DNA of 64,000 bases, taken from the NCBI GenBank assembly GCA_963826785.1, contig CAWGYD010000009.1, forward strand, positions 1 to 64,000, in the 5' to 3' direction. The position numbers were made by a program, and so were the translations under genes. Below the pieces are notes generated by a model. It searched no databases, had not been told where the DNA came from, and worked only from the letters and a program-made list of their open reading frames with translations. The DNA comes from an uncultured delta proteobacterium (lineage in GTDB: Bacteria > Desulfobacterota > Desulfobacteria > Desulfobacterales > Desulfosalsimonadaceae). Positions 1 to 10,874 of the stretch are shown piece by piece (the stretch's first letter is position 1; every line of letters begins with the position of its first letter).

Positions 1-918
1 TTTCGGATTGTCATCTTCTCCCTGAAAAAAAATTCTGATGGGAATCGTTGCGATCATGAGCCCAGATTCACCAAGATGCGTTTTCTGATTTGGAAATGGT
101 CATTTTACCCGGTTAATCGTCATCTGTCTCAAATATATCCGGTTTGTCTTGGCTCTTATGAAAAAATTGTTGTAAAGCGGATACACAGGATTTGAGTCCC
201 AGATATAATTGCGGACCATCCAGGAGAGAAGATAATAAGTGCCACTATGACATAGGTAAATACGAATGCCCCAGTTTTTTGATAATCATCTGGCTTTCCG
301 GATGCATTCTTGAATAAATCGAATGGAATAGATAGGGTCAGCAGGAGTAACCCGATAAGTCCGACACTTTGTACCTAAGGCTAACCCGCAAAGAACAGCG
401 CTGAAGAATCGTATTTATAGTCAGATTGCGTTATCTATCCATTTGAATATATACATCAAAGCTGCAAACAAAAAAAATGTGAGACCGAGATCTACGTATA
501 CGATGCTGGATAGCTTGACAATGACCGGCAGCGATAAAAACAAAGACTCCCCAATATCCCAAACAGCCGGTCTATCCGTCTGGATAAATATCTGTATATC
601 AAAGCTGCAGTCAGGAGCCCAAATGCGAAATGGATGTATTTGGGGATGATATCTTTGCCGAAATACATGGGAATCATGTAAAGCATATCCAAATTCATCG
701 GATGATAAGAAAATTCCAATTTGGGAATCTCAAATATGCCGCCGTGCTGGAGGTACAATTTTGGAATGGCAAGATGATGGATCAGGGGCGTCACGACTCA
801 CCGGCGGAACACTGGCAAGCAGGAAGATCGTCATACCAGGACAGACTGATTGAGGCTGCCAGGATGAACATCGGAATCTTATTCGAATTGGATTCCAATT
901 TTTTTGTCCAATTCTCAT
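1..918 (-). pseudogene. GT-C-type (ArnT/PMT-like) multi-pass membrane glycosyltransferase, frameshifted, runs off the left edge
   Basis: Fragments in several minus frames join into one hydrophobic protein: ...LLASVPPVSRDA / LIHHLAIPKLYLQHGGIFEIPKLEFSYHPMNLDMLYMIP...PKYIHFAFGLL..., GLALGTK, WMVRNYIWDSNPVYPLY. Breaks may be sequencing errors. Confidence 0.6.
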
Positions 919-2068
919 TTAGGAAATTCTTTAAAATCCGTGCCGGAATTCGGCCCTGGAAAACTTCGCCATTGATCATGTAACCGGGGGTCTCGGTCAG
1001 GCCGATTTCCAAGCCCTTTCAAATCTTTTGCAGCTGGTAAAGAATGTGTCGATTGTATAGGCATTCGCAAGTGCACCGGGGTTCATGCCGAGTTTATCAG
1101 CGATGGTTTTGCTCCCAATGGCGCCAGTGAATTTGTCAATCTGAAAAACATGTCATTTGCCTCCCAGAATTTTCCCTGGGCCTGTGCGCAAATAGCGAAA
1201 ATAGCCAGCATGCCAGAGACCCTGGTGATAAGGTCTTACACCAGAGGATCTGAATTTGTGGTCCATGGGAAAATGGCGGTGGATCAATCGGATTTTTCCA
1301 GGATTGTCAGCAATCAATCGGCGCAAATAAAATGTTTAATCCGGCACTGGGTGCACAGGTAATCGGTGAATTCATCGATTACCAGTTCAGGGTGCTCAGC
1401 CCCGATCCAGGGATGACCGTCTTGGGTACTTCCTTGCGGAACGGATTGGTCCAGTTGCGGTGGCTTCATCTGCCAGTATTCAGGCATGGCATAAATCAAT
1501 CCCCCGATAAGAATCAAAAACCCAAATGCAATGGGTACTGTTCTTTCTTGAGGTTCCACAAAAAGTTTAAATCGATTGCTACCCCTTCGACCGAATCCTG
1601 CATCTCCAAAACGCTTATTGATGAACCACGCATAATATAATAAAGAAAAATTCACCAGATAAGTTAGAATACACATGATGCAGTAACTTTTGATCAGAAA
1701 AGTCGATATGCGGCAAGAATCAGGCTGCCGATACTGTATAAACAGATCCAGAATGAAGCGGCCATAGCCGTTTTCTTCCGATAGATTGACTGCCGGCAAG
1801 GAAAATCAATGAAAGAACCAATGCATATCCGATTGCTCCCCAAATGGCTACGGGTATATCCATAAATACCGCATATGGGCTGGACGAAACCGTATCGCAG
1901 TTTAATGCACGAGAAACTGCGCAAAAGCTTAAATAGCCAATGTCTGAATGAACCCGGTAATGGGAAATGGAGAGATAGATACTATCCAAAAAACCTGTCA
2001 TCCCGATAATGATGACCGGGAAGTGATAATTTAAACGGAAGTAATTTAAATCGATTGATTGAATTCAT
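915..2068 (-). pseudogene. VKOR-DsbA/thioredoxin fusion (disulfide formation), frameshifted
   Basis: ATG at 2068. VKOR loop cysteines FCAVSRALNCDTV and active site YCIMC; then GHPWIGAEHPELVIDEFTDYLCTQC (DsbA-like CxxC) and cis-Pro motif GLTETPGYMING. Spread over ORFs 1720-2001, 1314-1799 and 791-1012; 3' end approximate. Confidence 0.75.
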
Positions 2069-2082
2069 GCCCCTTTTATCCT

Positions 2083-3779
2083 TCATATTCGCCAGTTACT
2101 GTACCCTTTGGCAAACATTCTTCTAAGCGGAAAATTATCTTCTATTCCGATTAGTTTAAGCGCCTGATGAAAGTCCTGCTTCATCTGTAACGATTTTATC
2201 CTGTTTTTCAATCCTTCATCGTCAATTGCCCGCACAAAATAATTCAACGCAGTCGATAGCTGCTCCGTCCCGACTAATGCCAGGCCCATATAGAAATTGG
2301 CTTCCGCATTGTCACTATTCTCTAACAGCACAATTTTTAAGTGTGGTATGGCGTCTGCAAATCGCCCCTGTGCGCCTATCGCACGTCCAAGATCGATGCG
2401 AATTTTCATTTATCTGGTCGAAACAATACCGATTTGCGAAATTGCTGTTCCGCATATGAATAATTTCCACGCCCCGCATATATATGGCCAAGGGCAAAAT
2501 GCGCGAAGTAATTGGGCGCCGCCGCCGCCGCTGCATGCTTAAAGAGAATTTCACTGTTCTCCCATTTTGCCTAAATATTTTCCGGTAATGTTGCCGCCCG
2601 CCAGAATGAGCCCGGCGGCAAGGGTCAGAAGAAATTTGGAGACCGAAGCGCGATCCAAAACATCCCCCACCTTCCAGGTCGCCATTACCAGAATACCCGT
2701 TACAGGCATATACATGTACCGATCAGCCATTGCAAAATCGCCTATTTTTATGATGCCGATTACTGGGATAAGCGTTCCGATAAACCAGAACCATCCGATA
2801 AAAAGGTAAGGCTGTTCTTTATGGCGCATTATAGCCACTCCCGTGATTATGAGATTCTTACAGCGCCGCCGGGAATGGCACTTACGGCCGGAATACCCAG
2901 CCTGAAGGATAAAGTGTCTGAGATTCAGAGGAAGAAATGTTTTAACCAAATAAGATTGATAAGATACAATGACATTGGCCAATCGATCGGCGAGGGGATA
3001 TAAATTAGACCCCACAATTCCCTGGCCTTCCTTTTGCGCATGAACAGTCAAAACGGCCACTACGGCTGTAAGCACAAAAATGGTATTTTTTCAAACAGCA
3101 GCCATGCAGGCCGTCTGTTTTCAATCTTTTTCGGGATATCCGTCAGGTGCCGTTTCAATGGCCAGTAATCCAGAAGCAGGAGCACAAATGGAAACGTCAC
3201 AATCATCGGTTTAGACATCAGCCCAAGACCAAAAAGAACGAGTACAGCCAGGTAACGCCTCAGACCTTTTTTTTAACATACAAAGCATATGCAAATAAAG
3301 CAGCACACCAGAAAAAACAGCCGTAAAACTTCTTTCCGCTCAGCAATCCACGCGACGGCTTCCACGTGCAGCGGATGCACGGCAAACATAGATGCAAGGA
3401 TGAATGAGCGGCCCCGTTTTTGGTCATAATGTCAAACGCAAGGAATAAGAAAATAACGGCAGCCATGTGCAACAGCAGACTGGTGGTGTGAAATCCCCGG
3501 GGCAACATTTTATACAGAGTTGATCCAGCATCAAGGAAAGCCAGGTTAAGGGATGCCAGAATTCCGCATCAAAAGTGGAAAATGCCCAACCATATTTTCC
3601 AGGCTTAGCCCCTGATTTACTCGAAAATTGCCGGTGATATAAATTGGATCATCGATGATCAGAAAACCGAATTTCAGCACCTGCATGTAGCAGATCGCGG
3701 TGATTGCAACCAGGACTCCGCAACAGATAAGCCGGTTATCGGTAATGGGGTTTTTATCGGTGCCTGAACGAACATACAT
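2083..3779 (-). pseudogene. TPR-containing GT-C membrane protein (TMTC/O-mannosyltransferase-like), frameshifted
   Basis: N-terminal TM followed by FLIIDDPIYI (DD motif); FHTTSLLLH; IGWFWFIGTLIPVIG...ADRYMYMP; C-terminal TPR-like helices (ORF 2083-2409). Several frame breaks. Confidence 0.7.
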
Positions 3780-4493
3780 GCTCTTGGCTTTAATGGCCTT
3801 AAAACGGATCAGCAGTAATCGCCACAAAATGCTTCAAAGGCGATGGACAAAGTCATTTTGCTTTTGCCCTGCCCTCTTTCGGTAAAGCATATGGCACTTC
3901 AACAATTTTGGCGCCCAACATATAGGCATAGTAGGTGATTTCGACCTGGAACACATAACCGCCTGATGAGATGGGAAGATCTAATACCCGCTCCAGCAGA
4001 TTCCTGTGCCAGATTTTGAATCCGGCCGTAGGGTCATAAACAGGCAGACATAAAAAATTTCTTGCATACACCGCACCGAAACTGCAGATCATCTTTCTGG
4101 CCATATGCCGTTTTCAGTACGGCCGCCAAGCATATATCGTGAACCGATGACAAGGCCTGCATGATTCACAGCATCAATCATGACCGGCAATGTCCCTGCC
4201 GGATGGGATAGATCTGCATCCATCTGGATGATCAGATCCGGGTTGAGATGTTCGATGGCGAAGCGAAATCCGTGGCAATATGCTTTTCCGAGTCCCTGCT
4301 TATGATTTCTGTGCAACACTAAAATGCGGGAGTCTTTAGCAGCCAGTTGATTTTTCCGGTGCCATCAGGTGAAATTGTCATCAATCACCAAAATTCGCGT
4401 TTTGGGAATGACATTTAAGATGGCTTCTACTGCCGGAGCTAAATTTTTCGCTTCATTGAATGTGGGCAGGCAAACAACAATTCTTGGAGCCAT
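3775..4493 (-). pseudogene. Polyprenol-monophosphomannose synthase-like GT2, frameshifted
   Basis: MAPRIVVCLPTFNEAKNL...LVIDD; KQGLGKAYCHGF; QMDADLSHP; VIGSRY; DPTAGFK; GYVFQVE. At least three frame breaks; 3' end approximate. Confidence 0.8.
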
Positions 4494-4534
4494 TTGGACA
4501 TCATCTGTGATTCAATTTAAAAAAACCAAGCCAT

Positions 4535-6621
4535 TTAAAGACTGCATTTATCTGGTAATTTCAGTCCTGTACCATCTGAAATGGCAGGGCCGATAATATG
4601 TCTGTCAATTGGTGCATATCTCGGGTTTTGCGCATATGTTTCGATGCCCAGTTTAATCTGCTCATCGCTGAATTGTTGCCGCAATTTTTCGACGTATGCA
4701 GAAGTTTTGTCATCTTCACCCGCCCGAATACTGTTTTCAATGATCGCGAAATAGAATGTCATATCTTTCGGATAGCGTTTGAGGCCTTCTTTAAATAGCA
4801 ATTCGGCTTTTGAATATTCTCCTGACCGCGATAGTGCAACGGCTGTATTGAAAACAACTTTTGTCTTATCAGATAGCATTTCATAGGCCGTTATAAAACA
4901 GGATAATGATAGCTCGTATTTTCCCTGCCATAATAAAATATGTCCCTTCAGATTATGGTAATTGCCATTTTGGCTATTTTTTGCCAACAGAATATCTACA
5001 TGCTTCAAGGCGGCATCAAATCCCTGTTGAATAATCAGGGCGTTGACCAGATCCCGCCTGATCTTAAGGTTGCCGGGATGGATTCTTAAGGCTTTCTCAA
5101 AACACTCAAATGCTTTTTCCGGATTATTCTTTTTATGGAAATAGATCAGCGCCATGTTCCCGTAAATGTCTGCCCGTACATAACTGGATGGAAGATGTTT
5201 TTCCAGAGAATTTTCGAAAAGTTTCAATGCCATATCATACCGTTTCGGATGGATGCTGCTTTCTCCCCAGGCCAGTTTGATGGCCAGAATGTTGGAAGCA
5301 CGGGCATTATTCGGCGCTTTGGCCACGGCATCGGTCCATAAGGTAATATCATCTTTCCATGCTTGATTTCGCATGTAGGTACTGATCGAGAAAAAAGAGA
5401 TAATCGATATCATCAAAATGATGGTTAAAGAATAGATAGCCTTATTTATTTTTTTATATGTCAACAGAAGATAATTAAACAGGTAGGCCACCGGCAGGAA
5501 GAGAAATAGGGAAGGCAAGTAGTTTCGATGCTCAAAACTAATTTCAAGTGCGAGTATACTGGATTCAACAATATGATTTAAAAAAAAGAACAAAATCGAA
5601 AAAGAAAGAATCGGTCTTTTTTGTATCCTAAGATAGAAAATGCCGTCAGAAACAAAATGATCAAGATGCTGGGGATGGTGGTCCAAGGCGAGAAAATTGA
5701 ATCCGATAAGATAACATCGTGGGCGATGGATAAACGATCCGACATCGGATAAAAAATTTGGGAGAGGTAAAATAAAACCACTCGGGGTTGTGCAAGCAAT
5801 CGTTCGGTTAACGTAAACGTTCGGGTATTATACCAACTTAAAAACGACAGGGGGGTCCCTTTGAAGAAAAGATAGGAAACCATTAACAATAGGCCACAGA
5901 CAAGCACAGAGAATGCAATGAAGATTCTTTTTCGTGTCTGCTTATCGGCGAGATCTTGAAAGAATGCGACTTCCAAGAGCAATAAAACCAGGGGCAGGAG
6001 CATGGCATTAGCCTTTGAATAGACGGCCAGCAGATAATTTAAGAAGCAAAGGGCAAACCACAGCGAGGAAGCTTTGGCAGAATTGCTGAGTCTTCCTTTT
6101 AAATAGAAAAAAGACCAGGATATAGAACAGCGCCGCCAGTTGCCATTCGTTGAACGATATAGGTGACCGCCTGTGTCTGGATAGGATTGACCGCCCACAG
6201 GAGACTTGTCAGGAATGCTATGAAACAAACATTTTCTTGTTGTAATCTTCTTAGACGGGGCGTTTCGAAAAGGGTGAAGATAAAAAGAAAAAGAAAGAAG
6301 CGGTTAAAAAATGAATAGTGATGTTAACCAGATGGTAACCAAAAACATTATCTTGACCAAAATACCAATTCAGAGCAAATGAAAAACAGGAAACCGGGCG
6401 GTAGAGTTTGCTGCCTAATTTCTCAGGATTGTGAGGACTTGTATATAAAGTCTTGGCAAGTTTATCTGGACGCAGTGAATCGAGATGCAGATAGTTATTG
6501 TTGAGAATATTGGGTCTGTCATCAGGTGCCAGGAGGAATGGAATGTGTTGGAATAAATTACAAAGAGAAGAAAAAATAGGAAAAATCCAGCTGAGAGTCG
6601 AAAAAGATATGATTTATACAA
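4535..6621 (-). pseudogene. Second TPR-containing GT-C membrane protein (TMTC-like), frameshifted
   Basis: Fragments 6415-6621, 5578-6228 and 4535-5686: YSNTFHSSWHL, SKANA, ERLLAQPRVVLFYLSQIFYP, FEHRNYLPS, RNQAWKDDITLWTDAVAKAP, then TPR repeats. Start approximate. Confidence 0.7.
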
Positions 6622-6644
6622 TTTGAATTAAATAGTATTTATAA

Positions 6645-6687
6645 ATAAGGTTTGAAGGATAATGTTAACTTATCCTTCAAACCTTAT
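6645..6687 (-). terminator. Perfect 18-bp hairpin downstream of pilA (terminator or stabiliser)
   Basis: ATAAGGTTTGAAGGATAA-tgttaac-TTATCCTTCAAACCTTAT, 21 nt after the pilA stop. Confidence 0.75.
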
Positions 6688-6708
6688 CATTAAATTAGCA
6701 ATTTGAAA

Positions 6709-7134
6709 TTATGGCTTAATAACCTTAGTGAAAACATTGGTGTTCCAATCAGAGTTAGCGCTTTGATAGTCATCGGGGCAGCGTCCAGATTGATCGGTAA
6801 CAGTTATTGTTATTCCGTTATTAGGACCAGCAGCATCATCTGAAACCGTGCCTGTATTATTGCCGGATAAAGTGACGCCCTTTTTATTGTTTAACTGAAC
6901 GCTAGTTGTCACTGGACCAGTCGGGGTATTAACATAGGAGGGGATAGCGAAATAGTCCGCGACGGACCCGGCAATATTATTGGCATCGGATTCCGCCTGA
7001 CTGCAGAAGGATTTGTTACGATAGGCGATGAAGTTCGGGATGGCGATGGCGGCCAGAATACCGATGATGGCGATAACGATCATGAGTTCGATCAGGGTAA
7101 AACCTTGGGAATTTCCTCTCAGTTTCTGTAACAT
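6709..7134 (-). CDS. pilA: Type IVa major pilin (141 aa, 130 aa mature)
   Basis: Class III signal MLQKLRGNSQG|FTLIELMIVIAIIGILAAIAIPNF with E5; AAGGAGG RBS; sigma54 promoter upstream. Confidence 0.95.
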   Translation of the reverse strand: MLQKLRGNSQGFTLIELMIVIAIIGILAAIAIPNFIAYRNKSFCSQAESDANNIAGSVADYFAIPSYVNTPTGPVTTSVQLNNKKGVTLSGNNTGTVSDDAAGPNNGITITVTDQSGRCPDDYQSANSDWNTNVFTKVIKP

Positions 7135-7276
7135 AGGTGTCCTCCTTGAGTTGAGTATGAGTTGTTCGGGTTATGATGAGATTATCTATTTAATTTTAAA
7201 AATCAACCAAAAATTCTTGTTTTCCCACCCCCTTTTCCATTTTGAATTATTTTGAGTTGAATAATGCTAAACAGCT

Positions 7277-7292
7277 TGCAATCTATGTGCCA
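7277..7292 (-). promoter_or_regulatory. sigma54 (-24/-12) promoter of pilA
   Basis: Minus strand reads TGGCAC-ATAGA-TTGCA, matching the consensus TGGCAC-N5-TTGC(A/T), about 140 nt upstream of the ATG. Confidence 0.85.
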
Positions 7293-7645
7293 TGTAGGGT
7301 CATTTTCTAAATCAAATTTAAGATACTGAATAATTATATTATTTATCACAAGATGAATCTTAATTCCACAATTTTAGTATTTTGAATCCGGAATTTAGAC
7401 AAAAATTGTCAGAACCGGCCGTTTTTTGTCAACCGTATTGCGGCGGGTCAATGAAGTGGATATGATTCCTTTGAAATTTAATTGTGTACTGCTGATAAAT
7501 AATTATCATGTAACAAAATGAATATTTAATCTTTACATGGTATACGCTTGTTCCATATTTTGCTTGACCTCTTTGATCCCAAATTGATAAATTTATAAAT
7601 TTAGTTATAGGTATTAGGGATGATCTGTTTTTGTCCTTAATCATT

Positions 7646-7777
7646 GATGAACCCGTAAAAAGTCCAAAGTTCGTCACTCCGGTGAAAACCGGAGTCTATA
7701 ACCAACTTAGTTTGTAGTAGATTCCGGCCTCCGCCGGAATGACGAAAGCGTAAAATCCGACTTTTTACGGCTTCATC
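7646..7777 (+). mobile_element. 132-bp MITE-like element, copy 1
   Basis: Terminal inverted repeats GATGAA(C/G)CCGTAAAAAGTC; 6-bp direct repeat ATCATT at 7640-7645 and 7778-7783; 130/132 identical to the inverted copy at 17263-17394. Confidence 0.88.
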
Positions 7778-7828
7778 ATCATTCGTAATAAAAATTTTCT
7801 TCTTAAATAGAAAGGGGTTGGATGTATC

Positions 7829-10547
7829 ATGACCAAATATGTCTACACTTTCGGTGATGGAAAGGCCGAAGGAGACGGCGGCCAGAAAAATCTGCTGGGG
7901 GGCAAAGGTGCGGGCCTGGCGGAAATGGCGCGGATCGGACTGCCGGTGCCCGCCGGATTCACCATTACCACCGAATGCTGCATAGATTACATTAAAACAA
8001 ATGGTTATCCTTCCGGACTTAGAGAAGAAGTTCAAGGCGCGCTGAAGAAAACCGAACAGATCATGCAGATGAATTTCGGTGATCCTGAAAATCCGCTCCT
8101 GGTTTCCTGCCGGTCCGGGGCGCGAAGCTCCATGCCCGGAATGATGGAAACGGTTTTAAACGTGGGGCTGACCACCCAGACCATTCCCGGGCTGATCAAA
8201 AAGACCGGAAATGAGCGGTTCGTATGGGATGCCTATCGCCGGCTGATCCAGATGTTTTCGGACGTGGTCATGGAAAAGGCCGAGGGCATCGAGCCCGAAG
8301 ACGGCAAGGGAATCCGGGTCCAGCTCGATCACCTCATGGACCGGATGAAGGAAGAAAAGGGTTATGGCGGCGATACGGATTTTACCGCCGATGATTTTAA
8401 GATTTTAACGGAAAAATTCAAGATCCGGGTCAAGGAAGTTCTGGGAAAGGAATTTCCGGATGATCCCGAAGAACAGCTCTGGAGAGCCATCGGCGCTGTG
8501 TTTAAAAGCTGGGACGGCAAGCGCTCCGTTTCCTACCGCCGCATAGAGGGGATTCCCGATGAGTGGGGGACCGCCTGCAACGTGCAGAGCATGGTTTTCG
8601 GCAATATGGGCGATACTTCCGCCACCGGCGTTGGGTTTACCCGGAATCCGGCCACCGGCGAAAATGAATTCTACGGCGAATGGCTGCCCAATGCCCAGGG
8701 TGAAGACGTGGTCGCGGGCATCCGCACACCCAATCCATTAAATGAACACACCAAAAGCGATCACAACCAGCACCTGCCCTCCCTTGAGACCGCCATGCCG
8801 GAAGTCTATCAGGATCTGTTGCGGGTCCGGGGCATCCTGGAAAATCACAACAAGGACATGCAGGACATCGAATTCACGGTCCAGGAAGGAACGCTTTACA
8901 TGCTCCAGACCCGGGTGGGAAAACGGACCGGTCTGGCGGCACTGAATATGGCCATGGACATGCTTGCAGAAAATTTGATCGACGAGAAGACCGTGGTCAC
9001 CCGGGTCACTCCGCTGCAGCTCGATGAAATGCTCCACCCCCTTCTGGACCCCGAAGCGGAAAAACTGGCGGTTGCCATTGCCAAGGGTCTTCCCGCCGGT
9101 CCGGGAGCCGCCTGCGGGCACATTGTGTTCACCTCTGCTGATGCCGTCAAATGGTTCAGATCCGGCAAAAAAGTGATCCTGGTCCGGGAAGAAACCAATC
9201 CGGAGGATGTGGAAGGCATGCGGGCCGCAGCCGCCATTCTGACCGCCCGCGGCGGCATGACCAGCCATGCCGCGCTGGTGGCCCGGGGATGGGGCAAGTG
9301 CTGCGTGGTGGGCGCAAGCGCGCTGAAGATCGATCCCATCGAAAAGAAGCTCATGATCGAAGGCAAGGTTTACAATGAAGGGGATATCTGTACCTGCAAC
9401 GGCACCAAAGGGTTGATCTATGCCGGGGAACTGCCCATGATGGATGCCACGGAAAATCCCCGGCTGAAGGATTTCATGGCCATCGTGGACAAATACCGGA
9501 CCATGAAAGTGCGCACCAATGCAGAGACCGCCAAAGATGTGAAACTGGCCAAGGAGTTCGGCGCCCAGGGCATCGGCCTGTTTCGGACCGAGCACATGTT
9601 TTATGGCGAAGGCGCCCAGGAACCGCTGTTCCTGCTCCGGAAAATGATCTTGAGCGATTCGGAAAAGGAGCGGCGATCCGCCTCCGAGGATCTTTTCCCC
9701 TATGTGAAGCAGGATGTGAAAGAAACGCTTGCGATCATGGACGGCATGGCGGTCACTTTCCGCCTTCTGGACCCGCCCCTGCATGAATTTATTCCCCGGG
9801 GCGAGGAAAACAAGAAAAAGCTGGCCCAGGCCCTCAATATCGATGTCCACGCCATTGAAAAACGAAGCGAAGCGCTGAAAGAAAGCAACCCCATGATGGG
9901 GCACCGGGGCGTCCGCCTGGGCATCACCTATCCCGAGATTGCCGAAATGCAGATCCGGGCGATTCTCGAAGCATCCGCCGAACTCATCAAGGAAGGGAAA
10001 AAACCGATTCCGGAAATCATGGTGCCGGTCACCTGTGATGTGAAGGAACTCGACCAACATCAAGGAGATCGTGGATGCGGTTTACGGGGAAGTGATCGCC
10101 AAATTCGAACTTGCGGCCATCGATTATCGGTACGGCACCATGATCGAAATTCCAAGAGCCGCCCTGCTGGCGGATAGGATGGCCGAATGTGCAGAGTTTT
10201 TCTCCTTCGGGACCAATGACCTCACCCAGATGATGTTCGGGTTCAGCCGGGATGATATGGGCGGATTCATGCAGCATTACATGGACAAGAACATCCTGCG
10301 AAACGATCCGTTTCAAACCATCGATGTGGAGGGCGTGGGTGCATTGATCAAGGATGCGGTGGCCAAGGGAAGAAAAACCCGAAAAGACCTCAAGATCGGC
10401 ATTTGCGGCGAACACGGCGGGGACGCGGCTTCTGTCCGGTTCTGCTTTGAAAATGGGTTCAGCTACGTCAGCTGTTCCCCGTTCCGGCTGCCCATCGCCC
10501 GGCTGGCGGCGGCGCAGGCTGCCATCGAGGATGGGGGGTCTGATTAA
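7829..10547 (+). CDS. ppdK: Pyruvate, phosphate dikinase (single +1 frameshift near 10054)
   Basis: LLGGKGAGLAEM, RSGARSSMPGMM, GGMTSHAA, GIGLFRTEHM, FFSFGTNDLTQM, GICGEHGG. Removing one C at about 10054 joins ORFs 7829-10177 and 10071-10547 into about 905 aa. Confidence 0.95.
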
Positions 10548-10567
10548 GAATTGAGAAAAGGGGGGGT

Positions 10568-10825
10568 GATGGGTTGCGGACACCCCCCTGACCCCCCTCA
10601 AGGGGGGAATTGGTCGATGGGTTTACGGACACCCCCCTGACCCCCCTGACAATTCAGGGGGGAATTCGTGGCTTTGCGACCCCCCCTCTCGGGGGGAATT
10701 GATCGATGGGTTTACGGACACCCACCCGAATATCTGACCCCCCTGAACATCTTGCGGGTCAGTTTTGATTCTTAATATCGGGAATTGGTCGATGGGTTGC
10801 ACCCCCCTCAAGGGGGGAATTGATC
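10568..10825. repeat. Degenerate tandem array of C6/G6 hairpin units (about 48 bp)
   Basis: Unit GATGGGTT(G/TA)CGGACACCCCCCTGACCCCCCTCAAGGGGGGAATTG(G/A)TC; full or partial copies start at about 10568, 10616, 10705 and 10791. Confidence 0.8.
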
Positions 10826-10846
10826 ATATAATCAATTCACCACCGG

Positions 10847-10874
10847 GCACCGGCGATTCGCCGGTGCTTTTTTT
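10847..10874 (+). terminator. Rho-independent terminator between convergent ppdK and aroC
   Basis: GCACCGGCG-att-CGCCGGTGC followed by T7. Confidence 0.8.

Noticed and set aside
6709..7134. Electrically conductive (e-pilus) pilin
   Set aside because: N-terminal aromatics (F1, F24, Y27, F32, Y50, F51, Y56) resemble Geobacter PilA, but the total is only 10 of 130 residues and there is a 55-residue aromatic-free gap (57-111).
7429..8035. ORFs 7429-7677, 7637-8035, 17335-18489 and 17363-17989 sharing identical peptide stretches
   Set aside because: The shared peptides are translations of the MITE sequence, not genes.
10040..10070. Programmed frameshifting or pseudogenisation in ppdK (also holA near 29625 and the rhomboid near 51251)
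   Set aside because: These are single indels with no slippery heptamer, in otherwise intact conserved genes; sequencing error is more parsimonious.
10568..10825. Possible CRISPR array
   Set aside because: Units are irregular, there are no unique equal-length spacers, and no cas genes or leader lie nearby.
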